Below are positions 53,504 through 64,000 of a stretch of DNA of 64,000 nt, one piece after another. Source of the stretch: Candidatus Omnitrophota bacterium (GTDB taxonomy: Bacteria; Omnitrophota; Gorgyraeia; JABMRG01); contig JBHPDT010000001.1 in the NCBI GenBank assembly GCA_042577545.1, forward strand, positions 15,453 through 79,452, written 5' to 3'. A program made the position numbers and the translations under genes. The notes beneath the pieces were generated by a model, which worked only from the letters and a program-made list of their open reading frames with translations, was not told the DNA's origin and searched no databases. The stretch's first letter is position 1. Each line of letters opens with the position of its first letter.

Positions 53504-54589
53504 ATGAATATAGATAAAAGAGATCTCATCCTGCTAAACATGACGCAGGTTATCGGGTTTAAGAAGCTCAAAGCGCTTTTAGATGAGTTTAAAACTACCG
53601 AAGCTATCTTCAGCGCCCCTATAAAGAGATTAGCTGCTGTTGAAGGAATAGGCCTGGCAATAGCAAAATCTATTAAATGCGCTAAATCCAAGTTTAATGT
53701 AGATAAGGAGATTGATTTAGCCCAAAGGCTTGGCGTAGATATAAGAACGATCTTTGATAATAGATACCCTGTTTTACTTAAAGGAATATTTAGTCCACCG
53801 ATCGTTCTTTATATAAAAGGTGATTTTACAGATACCGATATCTTTTCAATAGGAATTGTAGGCGCCCGGGCTTGCACTCAATATGGCAGAAGGATGGCAA
53901 AAGAGGTAGCTGGCGAACTCTCCGATCACGATATAACAGTCGTCTCTGGTATGGCGCGCGGCATAGATACAGCCGCGCATAAAGGCTGTTTGTCTGCCGG
54001 CGGCAGGACAATAGCTGTTTTGGGAAATGGTTTGGCCTCTGTTTATCCGCCAGAGAATAAGAACTTAGCAGACCTTATAGCCAACAATGGAGCTTTAGTT
54101 TCTGAATTCCCGATGAAGACACCGCCTCACAAAAGAAATTTCCCTCAGCGTAACAGGGTAATCAGTGGACTTTCTAAGGCCATAGTTGTTGTTGAGGCAG
54201 CTAAGAAGAGCGGCGCTCTTATAACCGCGGATTTAGCAATTGATCAAGGTAAAGAGGTCTTTGCTATCCCAGGGCCCTGTGGTTCTTTGGCATCTGAAGG
54301 AACTAATAATCTGATAAGAGATGGGGCTAGGCTTATCGGCAATGCTTCAGAGCTTATCGAAGAATTAGGGGTTTTGTCTAAATCCAAATTATCTAAAAAT
54401 AATGAGGTCGGTTTTAGCAATACGTTTGAAGAAAGTATATATGGCCTCTTATCTGATGAACCACATGATGAGGATGATATTGTTGAGAGTATCTCACTTT
54501 CCGCCAAAGGCTTAAAGAAGGCGCTTCTTGATATGGAGATGAAGGGTCTTGTTAAGCAGCTTCCGGGAAGGTTGTATGTGAGGGCATAG
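53504..54589 (+). CDS. dprA: DNA-processing protein DprA
   Basis: Rossmann-like core SGMARGIDTAAHKG, FPQRNRVISGLS. C-terminal winged-helix-like tail. Confidence 0.85.
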   Translation: MNIDKRDLILLNMTQVIGFKKLKALLDEFKTTEAIFSAPIKRLAAVEGIGLAIAKSIKCAKSKFNVDKEIDLAQRLGVDIRTIFDNRYPVLLKGIFSPPIVLYIKGDFTDTDIFSIGIVGARACTQYGRRMAKEVAGELSDHDITVVSGMARGIDTAAHKGCLSAGGRTIAVLGNGLASVYPPENKNLADLIANNGALVSEFPMKTPPHKRNFPQRNRVISGLSKAIVVVEAAKKSGALITADLAIDQGKEVFAIPGPCGSLASEGTNNLIRDGARLIGNASELIEELGVLSKSKLSKNNEVGFSNTFEESIYGLLSDEPHDEDDIVESISLSAKGLKKALLDMEMKGLVKQLPGRLYVRA

Positions 54590-54605
54590 CGTACGCGTAA
54601 TATAC

Positions 54606-54800
54606 ACGTTTTGTATCTCGTTGTTCGTATCTAGTATTTCAAAAAACAGCTGCACAAGACAAAAATGAGATACAGAAACACCAGAACAAGAAAAAACAAG
54701 CCGAACTAGTTTAAACGAGATACGAGATACTAGATGCGAGATACGAAAACATGTAAACAAGAAGGAAATAAGATACGAGATACTAGATACCAGATACGAA
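54606..54800. repeat. ~195-bp CGTATCT/GAGATAC-word composite element, copy B
   Basis: Shares with copy A the blocks acgttYtgtatctcgttgttcgtatct, gaaacaNcagaacaagaaaaaacaagNNgaactagYtta, cgagatacgagatactagatRcgagatacga and aaacatgtRaacaagaag, in partly different order. Confidence 0.85.
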
Positions 54801-54814
54801 AAAAAGGGGGAAGC

Positions 54815-55747
54815 GTGAGAAAACGATTGTTAGTAGTTGCTGTCTCGGTTGTTATCTTTGGTTTTATTGTTAACGTTGTTCAGCCAGTATTTGCTATTGA
54901 ACAGAAAGTCGATTACAGGCTTATGCAGAAGATAGAGAAGGCTGTAGAGAGCCTATCTAGTAAAAAGGGTAATGAGAGCAGACAAGCGAAGAAGAATCTT
55001 ATTAAATGGGGAGGGGCATCTGTAGAGCCTTTATTAGAGGTAGCAAAAGACTGGAAAGGCCAGGAAGGCGCTCTGAGGGTTAAGTGTGTGGATATCTTGG
55101 GCGAGCTTAAAGATGATAGAGCTGTACCTGTTCTAATATCTGTTCTTGGTGAGAAGAAGATGACTATGAGATATAATGCGGCAAAGGCCCTGGGTAAGAT
55201 AGGTGATAATAAGGCCGTGCCCGCGTTAATAAAACTGCTTAGTGACCCAGAATGGGAGGTTCGATTCTTTACAGTTGAGGCCATAGGAGATATAGGGGAT
55301 GTTCAGGCTGCAAAACCTCTCTCCAATGTATTACTAAGCGATTCCAACAAAGAAGTTAGGCTTGCCGCTGTTGAGGCGCTGGATAAGATAGACGCAAGAT
55401 CAGAGACAGGCGTAGTTGTGGATGCTCTTTCAGATGATGACGCAAAGGTAAGAGGATATGCGGCAGAATTAGCAGCCAGCTGGAAGATCGTTGATGCCGA
55501 AGCGACCGTAGTTAACATGCTCAGAAATGACAGGGTTAACGTAGCGCGCGCTTCATGCGCACACGCTCTTGGTATTTACGGAAACATCGCATCTGTTCCC
55601 GCGCTTATACAGGCGCTAAGAGATGATTACAAAGATGTTAGGATATATGCCGAGCAGAGCCTTAAGAAGATCTCAGGGCAGAGTTATGGAAGCGATCAGG
55701 ATGCTTGGAGCCGCTGGTTTGAGCTTAACAAAGATAAGACAGAATGA
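54815..55747 (+). CDS. Exported HEAT-repeat protein, paralog 1
   Basis: GTG start at 54815 (RBS aaggggg), signal/anchor RKRLLVVAVSVVIFGFIVNVVQPVFA. PBS-lyase-type HEAT repeats (..AAKALGKIGDNKAVPALIKLLSDPEWEVR..). The listed upstream Met lies in the repeat element. Confidence 0.65.
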   Translation: MRKRLLVVAVSVVIFGFIVNVVQPVFAIEQKVDYRLMQKIEKAVESLSSKKGNESRQAKKNLIKWGGASVEPLLEVAKDWKGQEGALRVKCVDILGELKDDRAVPVLISVLGEKKMTMRYNAAKALGKIGDNKAVPALIKLLSDPEWEVRFFTVEAIGDIGDVQAAKPLSNVLLSDSNKEVRLAAVEALDKIDARSETGVVVDALSDDDAKVRGYAAELAASWKIVDAEATVVNMLRNDRVNVARASCAHALGIYGNIASVPALIQALRDDYKDVRIYAEQSLKKISGQSYGSDQDAWSRWFELNKDKTE

Positions 55748-56661
55748 TTAGCAGGAAGGCTTGTATGATTACCCGATTATCTTTAGCTTTAATTTTGATC
55801 TTTGGACCAGCTTGCTCTTTTGCATCAGGTGAGGATTCAAAACAAGATATTCAGATCGATGAGGCTATAAAAAACCTAGGCTCATACAAGGCCGCTGAAA
55901 AGAAACAGGCTATAGATGATCTGGTAAGCCTTAAAGATAAGGCAGTGGCTCCTCTTTTAGACACAGCAAAGGATAGCGCAAATCCCGAGCGTCTTAGGTC
56001 TAGATCTATATCTGTGCTTGGGCAGATAGGAGATAAGTCTGCTGTTAAAGATCTTATAATGTTACTTGATGATAAGAGTAAGAAGGTTAGGGGGGAGAGC
56101 GCATACGTATTAGGTAATATGCAGGATAAGAGCGCCCTGAAGGATCTGGTTCGTCTTTTAGATGATAAAGAAGATTCAGTCAGGTATTATGTGGTTGAAG
56201 CTATAGGTAAGATGGGTGATAAAACAATAGCATATGCTATTAGCCAAAGACTCTTAGTAGATCCAAGCGAAAGCGTCAGGTATAAGACCCTAGAAGCCCT
56301 GGATAAACTTGAGGCTAAGAAAGAGTACAGCACTATTCTTGGCGCTTTATCAGATCCTAATTTTGAGGTACGTTCCTATGCTGCTGAGCTATCGGGTATC
56401 TGGAAACTAGATGGGGCCGAGCGCAAATTAGCAAATATGGTATCAAGAGATGAAGATGAAGTAGTAAGAAGGTCGTGCGCCTTAGCGTTAGTCAATTTTA
56501 AGACTGATTCAAGCAAAAAGGCGCTGATAGAGGCGCTTGATGATAACGATGAGGCTGTCAGGGTTAATGCGCTTGTTTCACTAAATAAAATTACAGGTGA
56601 AGACTATAAATATAATCAACATAAATGGAGAGAGTGGCTTGGATCTAATGCTAATAGATAA
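55744..56661 (+). CDS. Exported HEAT-repeat protein, paralog 2
   Basis: Signal peptide ..LILIFGPACSFA. The same HEAT periodicity (..VLGQIGDKSAVKDLIMLLDDKSKKVR..). The C-terminal W-x2-W tail matches paralog 1. ATGA overlap with the upstream gene. Confidence 0.65.
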   Translation: MISRKACMITRLSLALILIFGPACSFASGEDSKQDIQIDEAIKNLGSYKAAEKKQAIDDLVSLKDKAVAPLLDTAKDSANPERLRSRSISVLGQIGDKSAVKDLIMLLDDKSKKVRGESAYVLGNMQDKSALKDLVRLLDDKEDSVRYYVVEAIGKMGDKTIAYAISQRLLVDPSESVRYKTLEALDKLEAKKEYSTILGALSDPNFEVRSYAAELSGIWKLDGAERKLANMVSRDEDEVVRRSCALALVNFKTDSSKKALIEALDDNDEAVRVNALVSLNKITGEDYKYNQHKWREWLGSNANR

Positions 56662-56680
56662 GCCACCTGTTGGAATATGA

Positions 56681-56732
56681 ATCCCGTTAGACTATGTTAC
56701 CATAGATATGTTAGAAAGTAGTCTAACGGGAT
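56681..56732. other. Perfect 14-bp stem-loop downstream of the HEAT genes
   Basis: atcccgttagacta (56681-56694) pairs with tagtctaacgggat (56719-56732) across a 24-nt loop. No T-run follows. Confidence 0.7.
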
Positions 56733-56832
56733 GAACCCCGCCCTTCCTAAGTATTAATACAGGTCGGGGTAGGATATAAGTAAATAAGAAATTTTATTGT
56801 AGATCGTTTGTTTATGTGAAAGGAAGAGCTGG

Positions 56833-58980
56833 GTGAAGAAAAGACTTGTTATAGTGGAATCTCCGGCAAAGTGCAAGACACTTGCTAAGTTTTTAGGTGA
56901 TGAGTATGAGGTTACCTCGTCTATGGGGCATCTTATAGATCTTCCCGCAAGCAGTATGGGCGTAGATGTTGAAGATAACTTTAAGCCGCAATATGTTGTA
57001 ATTCCCACGCGCAAAAAAATGATAGCGGATTTAAAGAAGTTATTCAAGGGTAAATCTGTTATATATTTAGCCACAGATCCGGATCGTGAAGGTGAGGCTA
57101 TAAGTTGGCACCTTGCGCGCGAACTTGTTACAAAGAATCAGAAAAGTTCTAGGGTAGAATTTCATGAGATAACAAGGGAGGCTATTCTCTCCGCGTTTAA
57201 GAATCCTCGAGATATAGACATGGATAAGGTTAATGCTCAACAGGCCAGGCGCATATTGGATAGAATAGTTGGATACAATCTCTCCCCGTTATTATGGGAG
57301 AAGGTTGCCAGGGGCTTGAGCGCAGGACGAGTACAGTCGGTTGTGCTGCGTATAATTGTTGAGAGAGAAGAAGAGATTAAGGCCTTCAAACCACAGGAGT
57401 ACTGGGACATAGAAGCAGAATTGAAAAAAAAGGATAAAGAAGAATCTTGTAAATTTATTGCCAAGCTTGCGCAGATAGAGGGGAAAAAGCCCAAGATCAA
57501 TTCACAGAAAAAGTGCGACGTTCTTCTCGATATATTAAAGACAAAAGATTATATAGTATCAGGCTTAAAGAAACAGAAGAAGACCAGAAAGCCATCCCCG
57601 CCATTTATAACAAGTACGATGCAGCAGGAGGCCTTCAATAAGCTGCGGTTCTCCGCAAGTAGGACTATGAGAGTGGCTCAACAGCTATATGAAGGATTAG
57701 ATCTGGGCGCAGAGGATAGCGCCGGACTTATTACATATATGCGAACAGATTCTACAAAGATATCTCAGGAAGCAAAGAATCAGGCACGAAACTATATAGA
57801 GAACAACTTTGGAAAAAAATATCTGCCAGCTGCGCCCCATGCGGCAAAATCGTCAAAGCAGAAGACTCAAGACGCCCATGAGGCAATAAGACCAACTTCT
57901 ATTAATAGAACCCCTGATAAGATAAAGAAATATCTTAGTCTGGACCAGCTTAAGATCTACACTCTTATCTGGAAGAGATTTGTTCAAAGTCAGATGTCCT
58001 CAGCAATATTTAATATTAAGACAGTAGAGATACACGCTACGCAAATCGCTCAACGAGATAAGAAGTATATATTCCGGCTAGGTGGCAGCAGTATAATCTT
58101 CGATGGTTTCTTAAAGTTAAATGATAATACAGAAGATGGCGCTAAGGATACTGTACCTGAGTTAGAGATAGATGAGAACTTGGATCTTCTTAAGCTAATA
58201 CCTTCCCAACATTTCACCAAACCTCCCCCCAGGTTTTCAGACGCCTCGCTGGTCAAGGAGTTGGAAGAACAGGGCATAGGCCGACCGAGTACATATGCCC
58301 CGATAATTATCACTATCTGTCAGCGTCAATATGTTGATAGAAAGAATGGGTATTTCTATTCGACAGAAGTTGGCACAGAGGTGACAAGGTTGCTGGTGAA
58401 ACATTTTCCAGATATACTTAATGTGAGTTTTACAGCTCAGATGGAGAATGAGCTCGATAAGATTGAGGAAGGTGAGATGGATTGGGTGGCGGTGCTTAAG
58501 GAATTTTATGACCCGTTCTGCAAGGATCTATCTCAGGCAAAGATTAAGATGGAGGATCTTAAGAAGAGGCAGACACCTTCTGATATAAAGTGTGAGCTAT
58601 GCGGCAAGAAGATGATATTCAGATGGTCCAGGCGCGGGACATTCCTGGGGTGTTCAGGATTTCCAAAATGCAAGAACTCTAAACCAGCAAAGAAGAACGA
58701 GGATGGTAAGATAGAGATAGTTGAGCCAGAGACTACAGATAAGGTATGCGATAAATGTAATAAATCTATGATCGTTAAGCGTTATAAGGACGGCAGGTTC
58801 TTAAGTTGCTCTGACTATCCGCAATGCAAGAATACAAAACCTTTTCCAACGGGGGTCAAGTGCACACAAGATCAATGTGATGGTGAGCTTGTTGAAAGGT
58901 ATTCCAGGCACGGTCTCTTCTTTGGATGTTCAAAATATCCTGATTGTAAGTTTACAACTAGAAAGCTGCCAAAAGAATAG
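56833..58980 (+). CDS. topA: DNA topoisomerase I
   Basis: TOPRIM LVIVESPAKCKT, active-site Tyr region LITYMRTDS. Three C-terminal C4 zinc ribbons (CELCGKK..CSGFPKC, CDKCNKS..CSDYPQC, C..C..CSKYPDC). GTG start with RBS aaggaag. Confidence 0.95.
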   Translation: MKKRLVIVESPAKCKTLAKFLGDEYEVTSSMGHLIDLPASSMGVDVEDNFKPQYVVIPTRKKMIADLKKLFKGKSVIYLATDPDREGEAISWHLARELVTKNQKSSRVEFHEITREAILSAFKNPRDIDMDKVNAQQARRILDRIVGYNLSPLLWEKVARGLSAGRVQSVVLRIIVEREEEIKAFKPQEYWDIEAELKKKDKEESCKFIAKLAQIEGKKPKINSQKKCDVLLDILKTKDYIVSGLKKQKKTRKPSPPFITSTMQQEAFNKLRFSASRTMRVAQQLYEGLDLGAEDSAGLITYMRTDSTKISQEAKNQARNYIENNFGKKYLPAAPHAAKSSKQKTQDAHEAIRPTSINRTPDKIKKYLSLDQLKIYTLIWKRFVQSQMSSAIFNIKTVEIHATQIAQRDKKYIFRLGGSSIIFDGFLKLNDNTEDGAKDTVPELEIDENLDLLKLIPSQHFTKPPPRFSDASLVKELEEQGIGRPSTYAPIIITICQRQYVDRKNGYFYSTEVGTEVTRLLVKHFPDILNVSFTAQMENELDKIEEGEMDWVAVLKEFYDPFCKDLSQAKIKMEDLKKRQTPSDIKCELCGKKMIFRWSRRGTFLGCSGFPKCKNSKPAKKNEDGKIEIVEPETTDKVCDKCNKSMIVKRYKDGRFLSCSDYPQCKNTKPFPTGVKCTQDQCDGELVERYSRHGLFFGCSKYPDCKFTTRKLPKE

Positions 58981-59850
58981 ATGCGCAGATACGTAGATAA
59001 ATTTATCAGATATCTTGAGATAGAAAAACAGGCCTCAAAACACACATTAACGAATTACAAGATAGATCTTAAAGCCTTCGAATCTTTTCTTGATAAGAAG
59101 AGAATAGAGGATGTAGACTATCTCTTATTAAGACAGTTTTTAGCCCACCTTAGGCAGAGGAAGCTTTCACGTTCATCAATAGCAAGAAATCTCTCGTGCC
59201 TAAGGAGTTTTTTTAGATTCATGGTTCGTGAGGGTCTGCTGAAATCAAACCCGGTAGCTGGTGTTGCTACCCCTAAGAGAGAAGCAAGATTACCTCATTT
59301 TTTACATGAGGAAGAGATAGCTAAGGTATTCGAAGTCCAGGCCTCAGATACCAGGGGCTTAAGGGATAAGGCTATAATGGAGACCCTATACAGCACTGGG
59401 ATGAGGGTCTCAGAGCTTATCAACCTAAACTCCGATGATTGTGATTTTATAGGTGGGGTAGCTAAGGTCTTGGGTAAAGGTAAAAAAGAGAGATTTACAC
59501 CTATAGGTGAGAAAGCTATTAAGGCTATAAGAGATTATACCAAGGCCTCTAGCGCACAGAGGGAGTCCGGGGTAAAGGCTATATTCTTAAACAATAGAGG
59601 TAAGCGCTTAACTGATAGATCTGTTAGGCGCATTGTGGACCGTTATATAAGTTTAGCGAGTATAAAGGGTAAGGTGTCGCCCCATACTATGCGTCACTCA
59701 TTTGCTACTCATCTGCTTAACAGAGGAGCTGATCTAAGGGCTGTGCAGGAACTCTTAGGGCATGCCAATCTTTCAACAACTCAGATATATACACATGTTA
59801 CTACTGAGCGCATGAAAGATATATATCAGAAGGCTCATCCGCGAGCCTAA
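58981..59850 (+). CDS. xerC: Tyrosine site-specific recombinase XerC/XerD family
   Basis: Catalytic R..HxxR..Y signature (MRVSELINL, HTMRHSFATHLL, GHANLSTTQIYTHV). The start abuts the topA stop. Confidence 0.85.
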   Translation: MRRYVDKFIRYLEIEKQASKHTLTNYKIDLKAFESFLDKKRIEDVDYLLLRQFLAHLRQRKLSRSSIARNLSCLRSFFRFMVREGLLKSNPVAGVATPKREARLPHFLHEEEIAKVFEVQASDTRGLRDKAIMETLYSTGMRVSELINLNSDDCDFIGGVAKVLGKGKKERFTPIGEKAIKAIRDYTKASSAQRESGVKAIFLNNRGKRLTDRSVRRIVDRYISLASIKGKVSPHTMRHSFATHLLNRGADLRAVQELLGHANLSTTQIYTHVTTERMKDIYQKAHPRA

Positions 59851-59987
59851 ATCGGTTATCGGTTATCGGTTTACGGTGTTCGCAAAATACACTAACTGCA
59901 GACTGCGTTTAACGAAAAATTAGGTTCGGTTATCGGTTTTTGGTTTACGGAAATGTATTAGCCGTACACCGTACACCGTAAACCGAT
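59851..59987. repeat. CGGTTNN-word element with two left arms and one right arm
   Basis: atcggttatcggttatcggtttacggtgttcg (59851-59882), ggttcggttatcggtttttggtttacgg (59923-59950), ccgtacaccgtacaccgtaaaccgat (59962-59987). Confidence 0.9.
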
Positions 59988-59993
59988 AAAAAT

Positions 59994-62411
<2,418 letters not shown>

Positions 62412-64000
62412 GCTTGTCTCTTTTATATTTAGACTGCTGCCTATCCCGTTAGTATTTTTTATAGCCAGGCGCCTTGGCGAGGCATCAATGTATTTAAATA
62501 TGAAGCGCCGCAGGATAGCCTATGCTAATCTTAAGTCCGCTTTTTTGGGCCAGTATAGCCCAAAAGAGCTTAAGCGTATTTTGAGAAAGACATATGCTAA
62601 TATAGGCCAGGGTCTTCTTGAGGTATTTCTTCTACCGAAGGTGGATAAGGCCTATATAGAGCGCTTTATCAGCTTTGAGAATTTTCAATACTCCAAAGAA
62701 GCTCTTAAGCGCGGCAAAGGCCTTATGTTTCTTACCGCTCATTTTGGCACCTGGGAGATGTCGCAGGCAGCTCTCCCATATATGGGTTATGCCGTTGTGA
62801 GTATAGCAAGAGAGCAGAAACCATACCTTCTGAATCAGTTATTAAATAGCTATAGAGAATCCAGAGGTTGCAAGATTATTTTTAAAGGCCTGGCTGTTAA
62901 GGAGGCATTTAAGACTTTAAAATCTAACGGGGTGGTTGGTATGTTGGTAGATCAGGACGCTGGTAAGGATGGTGTCTTTGTGAAGCTCTTTGGAAAAGAG
63001 GCCTCATGGAATCGCGGTATTATGGAGATTGCTTATAAGACAGGCGCGATAATAGTACCCGGATTTGCTATAAGAGAGAAGGGCCCCTCCGTAAGATTCA
63101 AACTCTCTGAACCGATAGATCTGTCAATATATGATAATAAAGAAGAAGCTATCATAGAGGGCTTTAAGCGATATTCCTCTATTTTAGAGGGGGTTATACG
63201 GGATAATCCTGACCAATGGCTCTGGCAGCACAGGCGGTGGAAGTCGTCTCCTGTGCGTGATGTGCTTATATTAAATGATGGAAGAACCGGGCATCTGCGT
63301 CAGTCAGAGGCGGTATTAAATATATTGCGTAATATATGGCAGAAGAAGGGGTATAAGAGAGAGGATATCAGGTCGAAAGTGATCGATATTAGTTTTAAAG
63401 GACCCTTCCTAAGAAAGGTCCTTGCTTTTGGTGGCAATTTTTCAGGTTCCTTTTGCATGGGCTGTGTAGGGTGTGTGCGTTCTTGTCTTAAGAAGGAGTC
63501 ATCCGAGGCGCTTATTGGAAGTTACGCTGATATAGTGATCTCCTGCGGGTCATCTATAGCCCCCTTGAATGCTATTATTTCAAAAGAGAATAATGCTAAG
63601 AGTATTTTAATAATGAAACCGCCTATGCCTGGGTTGAAAAAATTCAACCTTGCTATTGTGCCCAAACATGATAACCCGCCTCTTTTAAAGAACGTTCTTA
63701 TTACAGACGGCGCGTTAAATCTTATTGACCAGGACCGGATGGATGAGTGCAAAAAAGTTATAATGAGCAGGATCTCTGATCTAAGGAGTAAGGTGATCGG
63801 TATTTTACTTGGTGGAAGCGCTAAAGGCTATTCTATGGATCCCGATACTATTGGTAGGTTGATCGATGGCATATTAGACTCAGCTAAAGAGAATGATTGC
63901 GATATTATCATTACTACTTCAAGGCGCACCCCCGCTAAGGTTGAGGAGTTACTTAAAGCAAAACTTAGCAATGATAATAGGTGCAAACTACTTATTATAG

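Noticed and set aside
42792-54589. Co-directional genes each followed by an imperfect palindrome, considered as an integron cassette array with attC sites
   Set aside because: The genes are core metabolic operon members (ilv, leu, aro) in canonical order. No intI or attI is present. The palindromes lack the R''-L''/L'-R' (RYYYAAC..GTTRRRY) organisation and have tandem-heptad arms instead.
58981-59850. Tyrosine recombinase as a marker of an integrated mobile element or genomic island boundary
   Set aside because: It is contiguous with topA (the start abuts the topA stop). Its length and motifs fit XerC/XerD. There is no adjacent tRNA, att-like direct repeat, or phage or plasmid gene. It is most simply the chromosome dimer-resolution recombinase.

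Overview
AT-rich bacterial chromosomal segment. All 52 genes I can support lie on the + strand. There is no rRNA, tRNA, CRISPR array, transposase or phage gene. The only recombinase is a chromosomal-type xerC. All family calls come from motif recognition by eye, with no database search.

Gene content in order:
- Firmicute-like housekeeping blocks: yacL-ispD-ispF-cysE-cysS, tmk-holB-ricT-metG, nifS-like, tatD, a CPBP protease, mtnA, thiL, tsaE, tsaB, alr.
- A type IV pilus / T2SS-like operon (16.5-24.7 kb): small MerR-type HTH, PilM-PilN fusion, pilO, pilP-like, pilQ secretin, pilB, pilC, pilin.
- Directly downstream, a tightly packed 17.6 kb glycan-assembly island (24.9-42.5 kb): GT4, a GT26-phosphoglycosyltransferase fusion, a Wzy_C/O-antigen-ligase-like protein with TPR, two paralogous polytopic membrane proteins flanking a GT-C-like enzyme, a Wzx flippase, a heparinase II/III-like protein, a radical SAM/SPASM protein, GT4 and an AsnB-type amidotransferase.
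- Then ilvD-ilvB-ilvN-ilvC-leuA, aroE-pilD-aroC-aroK-dprA, two exported HEAT-repeat paralogs, topA and xerC.
- Lipid A/Kdo genes with diderm hallmarks: a waaA-lpxK fusion, and an LpxL-like/ELM1-like fusion that runs off the window and is absent from the ORF track.

The most unusual signal is non-coding. About 15 of the 22 spacers longer than 60 bp are occupied by imperfect palindromes. Their arms are tandem arrays of a 7-nt unit (one case 10-nt). Several different 'words' (CGGTTNN, CTGGTNN, CGTATCT, CTTAATN, AAATYCT, A/T-only) share one architecture and partly shared flanks. They sit inside apparent operons just upstream of the next RBS.

Members or halves of these elements are also translated in frame inside waaA and nifS, and they form the termini of IspD, TatD and possibly the CPBP protein. 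This resembles RPE-type selfish DNA in coding sequence. A 69-nt GC-rich twin-hairpin module is 68/69 identical at two loci.

Secondary leads:
- A possible pilin-linked glycosylation system.
- The novel paralogous membrane proteins.
- Several multi-step enzyme fusions.
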